NCBI GenBank assembly: GCA_043381765.1
Contig: JBHJMP010000855.1
Coordinates: forward strand, 1-41,915
Length of the DNA stretch: 41,915 nt
DNA from: Collodictyon triciliatum
Taxonomy: Eukaryota
Direction of reading: 5' to 3'
Shown: positions 24,769-37,600 of the stretch, one piece after another
Position numbering within the stretch: the first letter of the stretch is position 1
How the letters are laid out: each line of letters begins with the position of its first letter
Made by a program: the position numbers and the translations under genes
The notes under the pieces: generated by a model
What the model was told of the DNA's origin: nothing
What the model saw: only the letters and a program-made list of their open reading frames with translations
The model's database searches: none

Positions 24769-25939
24769 ACGCTCACCGGCATTACGGTTTTCTGGTGAAG
24801 TGAATCTAGCGCCATCAGGATAGCTTACCCATTAGCCGATTCGGCAGCGCAAAACAGCAAAAACTTCTTTCGGGATGGAACAGAAAAGACAGATGACACA
24901 GGCACACCCCTGACCAGAATCGAAAATCGATGACGAAAGATGTGCACTGGTGACGGGTTTCTGTGGGCGCATAGTGCGTGGCAGCATCGCACTACCAGGT
25001 GGCCGGATTTCGGATGTGATTCAAATCTGCGGCACATGGACGACCAGACAAACATCCACGCACCTCCCGTGACGCTCTGATGATACAGCGCCCGTGTGGC
25101 AGATAAGGAAAGGTAAGGTACAACCCCCACTGTTCGCCCATACCGCCGCACTTCAGAATTCTGGGAAATTTCCGGCTTGTCTGTGGTATTTTCTTACCTT
25201 CCCTTGCCGTGGTAATCGACTCGCAGCAGCGGCGAACTTAGACGCAAAGCGGCCTGCGGATTCGCTTGTGTTTATATCGTTGCACTCATAGCTTTTACGA
25301 AGTTCAAATCTGGAATATAACCCATTAATGAATTAGTTCTCCATCGATTGACTCAAGTGTGCATTGGATGATTGGTGGATGCAGGATTAGAGATGCCGGC
25401 CCTCCACAGAGGCATCAATAATACTTACAAGCGCAAGAGATTCTAAAGAATTCAGAATGATCAGTGGTATGGTAGGCATCGGCGTGAAGGTTGGCTCGTT
25501 TTTTCCAGTTATGGTAATATTGTGGCTGGGGTTTCATTCGTCGCATCATCTACACGTCACCATGAATCACCAAACATATGCAGACACGTCATATGGCGTG
25601 TATAGGCGTCATTATGTGCAATATACTGTTTGTGGATTGCCGATATGAAACATTCGAGAATAAAACATTGCCCATTCCTGGTCGACACATTTGAAAGCGC
25701 CAGATATGTGACATTCAACCTGTTTCGGAAACTAATTTCCTGTGCGAAATATTCCATAAGCAGGGAAATGATGCGGGTGTGACATCACGCCAACGCACAT
25801 GATGCCAGAGAGTTTGTTGCATTTGCAGGAATGCGGAAATAAAGCGGAACTACTTGCGTCTGCAGGGCGGGAATGCAACGTCAGCGCCACGTCGCAGCGG
25901 GTGTGTGCAGGGGAATGCGGGTGGCCATATCGCAAGGGG

Positions 25940-25946
25940 TATATAA
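25940..25946 (+). promoter_or_regulatory. Possible TATA box upstream of the Myb gene
   Basis: TATATAA in GC-rich context ~265 nt upstream of ATG 26210; positional evidence only. Confidence 0.3.
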
Positions 25947-26209
25947 TGCCTAGTGAATCTGATGTGGTGTGGCAAAGAGGAGACCACGCGCTACAGCAGC
26001 CAATAAAATCCACAGGAAAAGGCGGAGAAGCAGCCAGGACAAAACTGTGTAATCACCCTCCGGCGTGAAGAAAAAAGAGGCTGGAAAGCGTTGAGAACAG
26101 GGTGCGCAGAAGTGAGGGAGGGAGCCGCTGGTGTATGATAATCAATCAGTTATGTGTCGGTCTCTTCAACCAAGATTGACTTTTTGGCAACAGCAGGCCC
26201 AGCAGCATT

Positions 26210-26914
26210 ATGAACCACAACCAGGAGCAAGCTATCGCCACCAGAACCAGAGGCCTGTCAGTGAGCCTGTTCACGCCAACCAGTGCACACTTCAAAAAGA
26301 GTGCCGGGTACTGGACAGCCGCCGAAGACAGGTTGCTCTCGTCACTTGTGCTGGACACAACCGCAACCACAGCTGCCACAACCACAGCGCCAGATACAGT
26401 GGCCACAGCGCCAGATACAGCGGCCACAGCCACGGCTGCAGTCACAGGCTCGGGGGCCAGCAGCGACGACCACAGCGACAGCACCGGGCGATGGACGGAC
26501 GAAGGAGCCGCAGAGGCTTGCCACAGCCACGACCACAGCCACAGCCACAGCCACCGCCACAATGCGGCCAAGGGGCGATGGACGGCGGTTGCGCAGCAGC
26601 TGCAGCGGGCAGGGTTCAGCAAGAGCGGGAAGCAGTGTGCACAGCGGTGGGAGCGTGTGCTGCGGCCGTGCATTCGGCGGGGGACGTGGACACATGAAGA
26701 GGACGAGCATCTGCGTCGCGTGGTTGAGTCTGTGGGCCCGCACGCCTGGGTCCGCGTGTCCCGCATGGTCCGCACCCGCTCCGACATCCAATGCCGTGCT
26801 CGCTATTACCAGCTGCTGCGCAAGTCCTGCACAGCCACAGCCACAGCCACAGCCACAGCCACATCTTCTCTTCCTCATGTCAACAAGGCGTCCATATCAT
26901 TCCTCCTCAACTGA
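26210..26914 (+). CDS. Intronless two-repeat (R2R3-type) Myb transcription factor, 234 aa
   Basis: Repeat 1: GYWTAAEDRLLSSLV...GRWTAVAQQL...KSGKQCAQRWERVLRP. Repeat 2: RRGTWTHEEDEHLRRVVESVGPHAWVRVSRMVRTRSDIQCRARY. Confidence 0.93.
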   Translation: MNHNQEQAIATRTRGLSVSLFTPTSAHFKKSAGYWTAAEDRLLSSLVLDTTATTAATTTAPDTVATAPDTAATATAAVTGSGASSDDHSDSTGRWTDEGAAEACHSHDHSHSHSHRHNAAKGRWTAVAQQLQRAGFSKSGKQCAQRWERVLRPCIRRGTWTHEEDEHLRRVVESVGPHAWVRVSRMVRTRSDIQCRARYYQLLRKSCTATATATATATSSLPHVNKASISFLLN

Positions 26915-27725
26915 CAGCTGCAAATCATTCTCTCATCCCCTCATTCATCGGTATCCTGCACCCTTGTATCAATAACCCTCGCCGTTCTCTTCCTTTCCCT
27001 TATTGCGCCTTTGGCTTCTCCTCAACGCGAACCCAACAATCTCATTTCTGCATGTTCGTCTTGTTTCCTTCCTTCTTTGCCTGGCTACGCTTGCAGTCTC
27101 CGGGATAAAGAGACAAAGGTTTTGAGGGCATAACTCTCCATAAAAGTCCTGTGCCTGGAGCATACTAAATCCCAAATCGAGGGAGATTCCATTTCTTTGG
27201 AAGCTTCTGTTGGACAGAAAGAGGAAGGTTCATCTGAATAGGAAAAGCTCGTTCAGTTTGGTCTAATGACATTAATTATTCATCTGGAAAATAAAATTCA
27301 AAAATTCAAAAGTTGCATAATTGTGGAAATTACACTATTGGCTCGAAATCCTCTTTTTGAATTAATCAGGTTTTCATTCTGTTTTATTTGAGCACAACCA
27401 CACCCGCGACGAGCATCGCGCCCAGCACGAATCACACGGGTGTCTAATCTCAAACAGATGCAATGACAACAGCCTAAGAAGGGTGTGAGGAGGCAACGGG
27501 CAGTGTCCGCTCTGTTGCACCCGGAACTCTTCTGTTCCATTTGTAATGTTTTTCCTTTTTCATCGCTTTTTTCATTCTGCTATTATCTTTTCAATCCACC
27601 GTGTCTTTCGCCCCACACCCCACCAGGAGGTATGATGAAGTTATCCAAGTGACGAAGCCATGCGGAAGACTAGCGCATATCACCAGAAATAATCGTACCG
27701 AATGATGACGATGATAAAAATATAG

Positions 27726-28552
27726 ATGGGCGACGATGAAGGAGACATGCGACATAAGCCCATGAACGAACGAGTTGTCCACAAAGGCTGGAAAGTCAGA
27801 CTTCAGGCTTGCGAGGATATGGCTGCGGCCTTCCAGCAAACAGACACAGAGTCTGATCCTATCTTTTCGGAATATGGTAACAGACGCGTCAGATCTTTCT
27901 CTTCCAGAACATGAATACGTGTCCAAGACAACGCCATAGCTCTTCCATGATCACGATTTGCTCTCTCTTTTCTTTTTTCTTCCGTCTTTCTTTACGTGAT
28001 TTCTCTGAAGTTATAAATAATTTTCAAAGGTTCATATACTATGCTCTTTTCTATGTTATTTCCTACAAAGATCCATTAATGTTGGACTAACGAGCCTTCT
28101 ATTCATCTTTATTTTGCGTAAGCTTCGTATTTTGCAAAGCTCTTGAGTGACACGAACGCAGCCACCCAAGAAAAGTCGATGGAGGCTCTTCTTGCTTTGC
28201 TTGATCGCTCGGCAAATTTTTCATTGTACGTACCTTCCAACAAAGCTCCCGAAGTTATTTAATCCATATTCAAATGAGCAATTAGCAGGATAATAGAACA
28301 AATCGGAAAAAAAACCAACTTTCGACCAACATACATTCCTATTGTATTGCGTTTTTCTTTGAAAGCATTCTCAGCATCTGTGCATAAACCCATGATATGA
28401 TTCGTAATTATGCGAACAAGCAGATATGATATCGCCCTAACCTCATTTATTTTAAATATTTATTCAAAAATTCTTCTTTTAATGTTTTTTTTTCAAATCC
28501 CTTAACTACTGTCGCCTCTTGGAAAATTGATTTTTCTGACCATTCAATACAC

Positions 28553-28649
<97 letters not shown>

Positions 28650-31600
28650 TTCTGGCAGGGTGGGCGTGGATGCCATAGCACCTTTGGCCGAAAAGGGTTT
28701 GGCTGGAAGACCATCCGCAAAGGCTAAAGCCACAGAATGCATTTTGATGATGATCGAAATCAGCAAAGCTGACCCAGTTTTGGTACGAGTACTTTATGCA
28801 TGTAGTACAGCAAATTTCTTTTTAAATAGACCCCGCCATTCCTTTATTTGACAATTTATTGTAAAAATAAGATGGCACCTTCACTTTATCACAATATACT
28901 ATTATGTCATTTTGATCATTTCAAAAAAATGGTTTCATAATATATCCTTCTTTGCTCTCGTTATAAATCCTTTTTTGACATGCCAAACAGACCGAGTTGT
29001 TAGGCTTACTTAAGCACAAAAACCCAAAAGTCATATCTGGTGTTCTGCAAGTAATTCGAGACGCAATCAAGTAAGATTTACATACCTACCTTTTCATCCG
29101 GCAAATAGCTATTTTTTTTTTCCAATTCTATGACTTCAATTTAAGTATGTCTTACTTATAAACGGTATTGTATCAAAAAACAAGCCCATGATTATGATTC
29201 TTTTTTTTTTTTTTTTTTTTTTTTTNNNNNNNNNNNNNNNNNNNNNNNNNNNNNNNNNNNNNNNNNNNNNNNNNNNNNNNNNNNNNNNNNNNNNNNNNNN
29301 NNNNNNNNNNNNNNNNNNNNNNNNNNNNNNNNNNNNNNNNNNNNNNNNNNNNNNNNNNNNNNNNNNNNNNNNNNNNNNNNNNNNNNNNNNNNNNNNNNNN
29401 NNNNNNNNNNNNNNNNNNNNNNNNNNNNNNNNNNNNNNNNNNNNNNNNNNNNNNNNNNNNNNNNNNNNNNNNNNNNNNNNNNNNNNNNNNNNNNNNNNNN
29501 NNNNNNNNNNNNNNNNNNNNNNNNNNNNNNNNNNNNNNNNNNNNNNNNNNNNNNNNNNNNNNNNNNNNNNNNNNNNNNNNNNNNNNNNNNNNNNNNNNNN
29601 NNNNNNNNNNNNNNNNNNNNNNNNNNNNNNNNNNNNNNNNNNNNNNNNNNNNNNNNNNNNNNNNNNNNNNNNNNNNNNNNNNNNNNNNNNNNNNNNNNNN
29701 NNNNNNNNNNNNNNNNNNNTAATGTTTAGATTCATTTGACCAAAAGATATTGTAACAAAAAATGACAATATAGCTCCAAGAGTTGGAGAAGATATTTGCA
29801 GAGGTGACCTCGGGAAAGGCGGTTCCTGAGGCTTACCTTCGTTCAGAACGCCCTGCAGATGGAAGTGCGCCTAGTTCAGCAGGATTTGCTCCAAAGGGTG
29901 GAAAGGCCGAGTCAGCGGGTGTAAATCCAGCGGCGAGTATACATGTAATTGATGCATATGATCTTGCAGAGCCCGTGGACATATTGCTCAAGATCAAATC
30001 AGACCATTATGAAGGACTGGTAAGTCATTAAATTATGCATTTTTTTATTATCATGTTTTACACATTATAACTAGAATTTCAAACACAGTAACATATCTTC
30101 ATCTACTTAGAATTATTCTTGTTTGTACTCATATTTAAATTATTAATGAAACAATCGTATCATAATATTTGCACGAAATAGCTGGTTATATTGCACAGTT
30201 TCTATGTACAATCAATTCATTCAATTTTTTAGGCCTCTTCAAAATGGTCAGACAGAAAAGATCAACTTGAATACATCATATCCATCGCAAATGTTCCCAA
30301 AATTCTTCCAGGCGATTTTCATGAACTTGCAAAGGCCTTAAAACAGGTTTATATTTAAAAATACATGATAGTATTTATTCCTTCGGATGTAAATTCCAAT
30401 TATATTTTTTGTGCAGTATAAAGATCGAAGAAATGAAGTAGAATAGATAGATAAATTTCCTTTTAAAATTAAGTAAAAGTATGGTTCCATATTTTTTGAA
30501 TTAAAACTTGAAATAAAAACTACAGTTGGTGAATGATGCAAATGTTGTTGTTGTACAAAAAGCTGTGGTACTTGTTGGTCTCTTGTGTAAAGGACTCCGA
30601 AAAGAATTCTCGGCTCATATGAGGCAGCTTCTTCCACTTCTTTTTGATAAACTAAAAGACAAAAAAGCTGCTATTAGCGAGGCAATACACGAAACTCTTG
30701 ATTCCACGATAAGTGGCTGCATTCCCCTAGTTGACCTTCAGGAAGGTATTGTGACAGCACAGTAAAAAAAACGTAATAAATCGGAAAATATGATGCATCA
30801 ATTATTAGGTTCCAAAAATTGAGACCAATATCATACTAAACCATATATTATAAATCGCCCTGTTTTACCCAAATTTAACACGCTTTCTCTTGGTACGTAG
30901 AAATTACTGTCGCTTTGAACCACAAAGTCCCTAAGGTAAATTTACATTAAATATGAAAAGCAAATATCATATGTTTAAAATACCAATCATTAGTGCTGCT
31001 TATCATTTTGTTGCTATGTGGTTATCCTTTTAAATTGTCTTCATTATATATATTGGATGGGCGATTTCAATGAACAAGTTAAGAATTCGGTCATTTCATA
31101 GGTTAAAGCAGAGGTATTAGACTGGCTAGCAAAGTCATTTACGAAGATGCCTCGAGCCATTCTATCAAAATTATCCAAGTTCTATATAGAAATGTTTACC
31201 AAGGTACCTTTGATCCCCCCCCCCCCCCATACACCTCTTACATGAGATGATTTTGAATTTCAAGAGTGCTTTTACTCCGTCGCACTTTATTGAAAAAAAA
31301 TGCATGAGCACTTATTTACGATCAAGTGATTTATGTTTCATAGAAATGAGTGTCTGCTATTTTGTTTTCCTTTTTTTTTTTTTTCTTATTCTACCGCTGA
31401 ATACAATTAACTAGAAGTCGCTAACTTTTGCAATATCACCAGCTTGTTGACGACGGAGCTCCCGAGGTTCGTGAATCGTGCATGAAATCATTTGCTTCGC
31501 TTCTTGCCGTTCTGGGAGAACGGTCTGTGGGGCCTTTTTTGGACAAAATTGATAAGATGAAAGCAACCAAAATCCGTGCTCTCAGTGAAAAAGTAGAAGG

Positions 31601-34600
31601 TGTATCTGGGCAAGCTCAATCGGAAGGCCAAATTATTGTTGACCAGGCTATCGCAGAGCCTTCCTCACATAAGAGTGTAGGGCGACCGGATGTTTTACAG
31701 GTCAAGCCATCTATCACCGAAAAAAGCCGGTCGAAGGCATCTGTTACAACAACAGAGCCTACTGCCCCCACACCAGAATTCAAAGCACCAGCACCCATAA
31801 ACGTAGCATCCAAACGCCCAACTAGCTCATCTTCAACCGCACCATCTCCAACATCCTCTTCAATGACTGCATCCACAAAGGCAAAGGTTGAAATGCCACC
31901 AAAAAGAACAATCTCGTCAGCTGGCTCAAGTGCAGGAGGTGCTAGTTCTAGCTCTTCGGGCTCTTCTAAGGCAAAAGGTATTAATTGATGTCCTTTATGA
32001 CTTTAGCCCCCAATTTTCGTTTTTAAGAAGTTGATTTATTTCCTTTATCTTTTTTTAAAAAAAATGTTGATAGGATAGGGCATCCACTATAATAGCTTCA
32101 TTAAGCAATATTTCCTCTTGATTTCTTTCTCCATAAAATCACGCCATAGGTCCAAAATCGGTTGACGATGAAGGGCCCCCTATGATGAATAAAGAAGCTC
32201 TTGAGCAGTTGATTGAAGAAACTGTCCCGGGATCCATTCGCTCAGGGTTGTCCTCTAGTGACTGGAAACTACGATTAGCAGGTTTCAATGCTTTTTTTCT
32301 TATTATTTATGTTGATTATTTCATCTACATTTTTCTATTTCATTTCCTGTAATTCTTTTCTAAAAGAAACCCAGTAAAAACAGCTAATTATTAGGCATCA
32401 TAATAAATGTGATCATAACATTTTTATTTTGCAAACTTTTCTACTTGCGCTATAATTTGTAATAAGTGGCTGAATTGTGAAATAAAAGCTGTAGAAGAAT
32501 TAGCAACTTTTTCAGAGAGTCTGCCGAAATCGATGGATAGCGAAATGCTCATTAGATTAATGTGCCACTCACCTGGTTGGAAAGAGTCAAATTTACAGGT
32601 AAAATTTTTGTGCGCATGTAATTTTTTTGTGGTAATTTAATCCTTTTTCATATAATTAATGTTCATATATATATGACTGCGTTTTATTTGTAATTTTTAT
32701 CTTTAAATATTTATGTTCATGAGCACATGAGTAAATACGACAAAAAATACATTTAAATACGTGTATATATCTAAAAATTCCCTCAAAAGGGTATATCCAT
32801 ATGGTTTGAAATTTTGATTCGGTTGGAATTCGGCATAGGTTGTGATAAAAATGATCGAGCTAATATCAAACTTGGCTTGTACTAGAGGAATTACAAAGCG
32901 AGTTGCTGCCCTGACATACTCCCGTAATTTCTGACCTCACACTAGAGAAGAGAATTTCTTGTTCTTGATTTTTCTCTCTTCTTCAATTTCATCAATATGA
33001 ACTTAAGTTACTTATGCAATCTATAAAGTCTAATGTATCGCACTGGTATCCAATATTTGGCTACTGAATGGCATTTTCTTTATATACCAGTTCTAGCAGA
33101 GAAGTTGGGTGATATTCGCGCAGGGCAACCAGCCTCAAAGTGCCTGACATCATTATGTGAAATAATTGCTCCAAATACCGTGCTTACTCATGTACGCATG
33201 TATCCGTTTATAAATGCGTTTATTTCATTTCTTTCCATTTTTACAGAAATAAATCTATGGAATGTAACCTGTCAGTTAGCAAAACAATTTGAACTCAATA
33301 AACCTTAGTGCTTTCAATAATATCTCAAGAAATACCACTAATTGCTCTAAATTAGATGTATAAGCTGTCCTTGGAGCACAAAAACCCTAAGGTTCTGTCT
33401 GGAGCGGCTTTATGGATGGTCTCTATTGTGGAGGAGTTTGGAATGAGCCCAATATCAGTCAAAGTCTGAGATTATCTATGTTTACTTTTTTTTATATTAA
33501 CTATCTTTTTATCTTTTGTCTCTATCATTTTATATCTTTTTGTCTTGTATCTTATATCAGTCATTTATTTTTTGTTTTCTTTTCAAAATTCAAAATCGGA
33601 AATAAATTGAGAAAAAAATCGAGTGGCGGGGAATCTTATCGTTTCTTACTACAAAAATGTTTTTAAAAATTAAGCTGAACAATTTGGAATATGATTAAAT
33701 TTTGTAGGGCTTGATAGAGTTTTCAAAGTCCTGTTTTGAAAATCCTAACCCACAAGTTAAGTCGAACACAATCAAACTCCTTGTAATTGCTCGTCGTTAT
33801 GTCGGTCCAGGTATGTAAACACTCGGATTTAGATTTATTTAGACTTATTTTGACTTGACAAAAGGCCAGCATTTTCTTTTAATAACATACGTATTACAAA
33901 ATGCTCGAAATTCACATTAATATTTTGCTGCATCGTTTCAAATGTTAAAGGACTGCGAGATTTTTTGAATGATGTAAAACCGGCCCTCTTGACAACCATC
34001 GACGCAGAATTTGCAAAAGGTAGGTAAATTTTGCTTAAAAACAGAGTATGATTGTTCCATATTAGTTTCTAGCAAATGGAGCCATTATCGATATGACCTA
34101 CTTTCTTTAAATCCAAGCGTGTGTAATTTCGCAACGTCTTTGGGAAAGCAGGGAATAATTAAACAAGGAGTGTTTTTGTTTAACAAAATCTCCTGAATCA
34201 TTCATTAGTTGCTAACGCCGAACCACCACCGCCTCCAACGAGGCAAGTTCAAGGCGAAGCCGAGGCTGGCTCTGCACTCGGAGACGGAGGACTCCCTCGT
34301 ACAGACATTAGCAATTTGATAACACCGAAATTACTAAAGGCTCTCGAGTCAACTGTGTGGAAGGTATTGCTTCTGCTTCTTCTGCTTATTTTTTTGTTTT
34401 TGTTTTTGTTTTTGTTTTTGTTTTTGTTTTTGTTTTTGTTTTTGTTTTTGTTTTTGTTTTTGTTTTTGTTTTTGTTTTTGTTTTTGTTTTTGTTTTTGTT
34501 NNNNNNNNNNNNNNNNNNNNNNNNNNNNNNNNNNNNNNNNNNNNNNNNNNNNNNNNNNNNNNNNNNNNNNNNNNNNNNNNNNNNNNNNNNNNNNNGTTTG

Positions 34601-37600
34601 TTTGTTTGTTTGTTTGTTTGTTTGTTTGTTTGTTTGTTTGTTTGTTTGTTTGTTTGTTTGTTTGTTTGTTTGTTTGTTTGTTTGTTTGTTTGGATTGTAG
34701 TAATGGCCATTTATACATTTGAAGTAATGGTAGACAGAGTGCGAAAACATGGTCCTCAAGAAACCTCACTCATTCCAAAACCAACATCAGGACCGTCAGG
34801 ATGCAATGGGCGAAGTAGAGCAAATAATCGTATCTGCAAACAAACGGATTCAACCGAACCTGGGAAATTTAATCCCCTCTCTGAAGTTGAGACTTGCTGA
34901 TAGTAATAGAAACCTTGTACCGGTTGCATTATCGCTACTAGGAAACCTAGCAACCGCAGCAGGCCCAGGGATAGAAAAATATATGAAGGTATACATATAT
35001 CAGATGATATAAAAGTCAATATCCAAAACAAGGCTAGTAATGAACCTATATCACCTACTGACCTAGAGAAGTCATTTTAACATGAATGATAAGAATGATA
35101 TTGATAACAGTAGTAATAATATTTTGGAATACTATAATATATGCTTCTTTTTTTTTTTTGGTATATAGTATCTCGATAAAACGTTTGCAGCTTATTTTCA
35201 TTCCATGCCTATACATATATATATCATTATTGCGGATTTTACTGTTGCATGGTCTGGGTTTAATCTATCTAAATTACCTAGGGTATCATATCCCCGATGC
35301 TAATGACTCTCACAGACAACAAGGCCACCATAAGGGCCTCAGGGATTCAGGCTTTAGATCAATGGGCCGCCGAAATCCCCATCGATGCATTCGTTCCGTT
35401 CTTTCCACAACATGTGGCTGATGCCTCATCAAGCCGAAAAGATGTTCTTGGCTGGATTTCCAAACATGCATCTAAATTGACTGCAGAAAGCGATCTGAAT
35501 TCTTTGATTAAGCCACTGATTTCTTGCCTCGAGGTTTCATTTATTCATTCTCTATAAATGAGCCGATCGCTACATAACTTTTAAAATCACTTTGGTTTCC
35601 TTCAAAATAAACCTTTGTCTGTTTTAGGATAGAGCAACGGATGTTCGACATCCAGCTGAAGCAGTTTTGACGACGATTGCATCTTTGGTTGGGTTTGATA
35701 CCATACAAAGGAATGTAAAGTCATTGAAACCTGCCTCACAAATGGCCATTAACCCCGTCTTGGAGAAAATTCGGGAAGTTTCTGGTTCTACAGCAAATCC
35801 AACTCCAGACGTCTCCATGCGGGAGACACTCTCTGCTACAAAATCATTGAGACAGGAAAAAGCAGCACCGATGATTTCAACCATTCCATCAAAATCCGCA
35901 TCGAATCAGGCAGACCTCTCCACAACAACCGCAAGAAGGGTGCGCTTTTTTCTTTCTTTCAAAATATAAATAGTGAAGTCATCGAATTTTGTTCAAGATA
36001 TACGATTGTCCTGCGCTTTGGAACTTTTTTTTCTAGTTGCAAGATTTACTCATTCTTTAAAGTTTTTTTTAATGTCTATTGGTATATCTTTTAAAAAACA
36101 ATTAAGTGATTCTGTATTATTTCTGTAACTCACGGTGTAAATAGTCTACTGTGTCTCAATTGCAAGTGAAGTCTATGGGTTCAACCTCTCGTGCTTCGTC
36201 TGCATCCACACCAACGACACCCTCCGGATCCGATGGTCAGTTACCGATGCGGATAACAGGGCAAAAAGTATAGTTTAAGATTTTCTTAATTTTGTCACTC
36301 TTTTCTTACTCTATAATACGTGCTAATTTTATTTATTTATTACTCTGATAAAAAAAAAACATTAATTTGGTTGTGTGAAATTCATTTTTAGTGAATATCT
36401 ATGATGTACTAGTTGACCCTTCAATATATACCATTCAATACTTTGCGCGTACCATCGACAAAATTTAATCAAGATTTTTTCAATAGGATGTCAGAGCTCG
36501 AAGGGATAAGAAGGCCAAGTTTTCGTATGAAGATTTACGGCCTGATTTTGCAGGTTACTTTTGTATTTCTTTTTTCTTGGAACACCTTCATAATGGTGAA
36601 GGAAAGATAAACAGACTTCCATACCTTTTTGATAACTTTGCCATAAGTTAGATTCCATTTTATTTAGTCTTATTTGATTTCAATTTGTTTCCTCATCTAA
36701 GGTGATGTTTAGTAGATTACAAAGAAATATTTGACCCATAGGAAGCCTTCTTCTTTTCTTTTTTTTTTTTCGACCATAGATACTCTGAAAGAGCAGATGG
36801 CTCACTCGTTTTCTGATGGCGTATTGGGAAAACTTTTTGGAAGTGACTTTAAGAACCATGTTGATGGAATCAACATTTTACTGAACAATATCACCGATCA
36901 ATTGGATGCCACAATAGACAATCTTGATCTCATACTCAAATATGCCAGTATTCGGGTGTCTCAGGCAAGATTGGATTATAATCAGATTCAAAGAATTTTT
37001 TTCCGTCAGAATAGCAGAAGTTGATATTAGTTGATCATTTTAATAATATAAAGTGTTTTTTTTTTTTTTTTGTAATTTTTGAAAGAAACCTTGTGATAGT
37101 GAAAATATTGATAATTACTCTACCATTCTCAACAAGGCGTATCCTACATCTCTCTTAAAAGTTATCGACTATCTTGAGGAAGTGGTCGAGGCTCTGAAGA
37201 CTATCGGGTTTCTCTCCGTTCCTATAAACACATTTTTCTTTTTGAGGTTAATCATATGTTATTTTTTTTTTAATGTCTTTGAAATCATTTGTTTTTTCAT
37301 ACATAATATACAGGTACAATCTGTCTGATTACGAAGCGATGTCATTTTTACCGTATTTATTTGATAAGGTTTAAATACAAATCAATCATCAATATGGCTA
37401 GATTAGACATAATTTGTGCACATTATGATAGTTTGAACTATTTAAAACAAAATATAACACATATCCCAATAGTTAGGAAACAATAAAGAGGCTATTCGAG
37501 ACAAAATGCAGCACTTAGTACTTGTACGATAATGATAACAATAAAAATTTGCGATTCACATATTTATTTGACATTATTCATATCTAAGTGAACAACTATA

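Noticed and set aside
26131-26975. Several long overlapping ORFs on both strands over the Myb gene
   Set aside because: GC-rich, stop-poor CACAGC repeat sequence keeps shadow frames open; only 26210-26914 has Myb motifs
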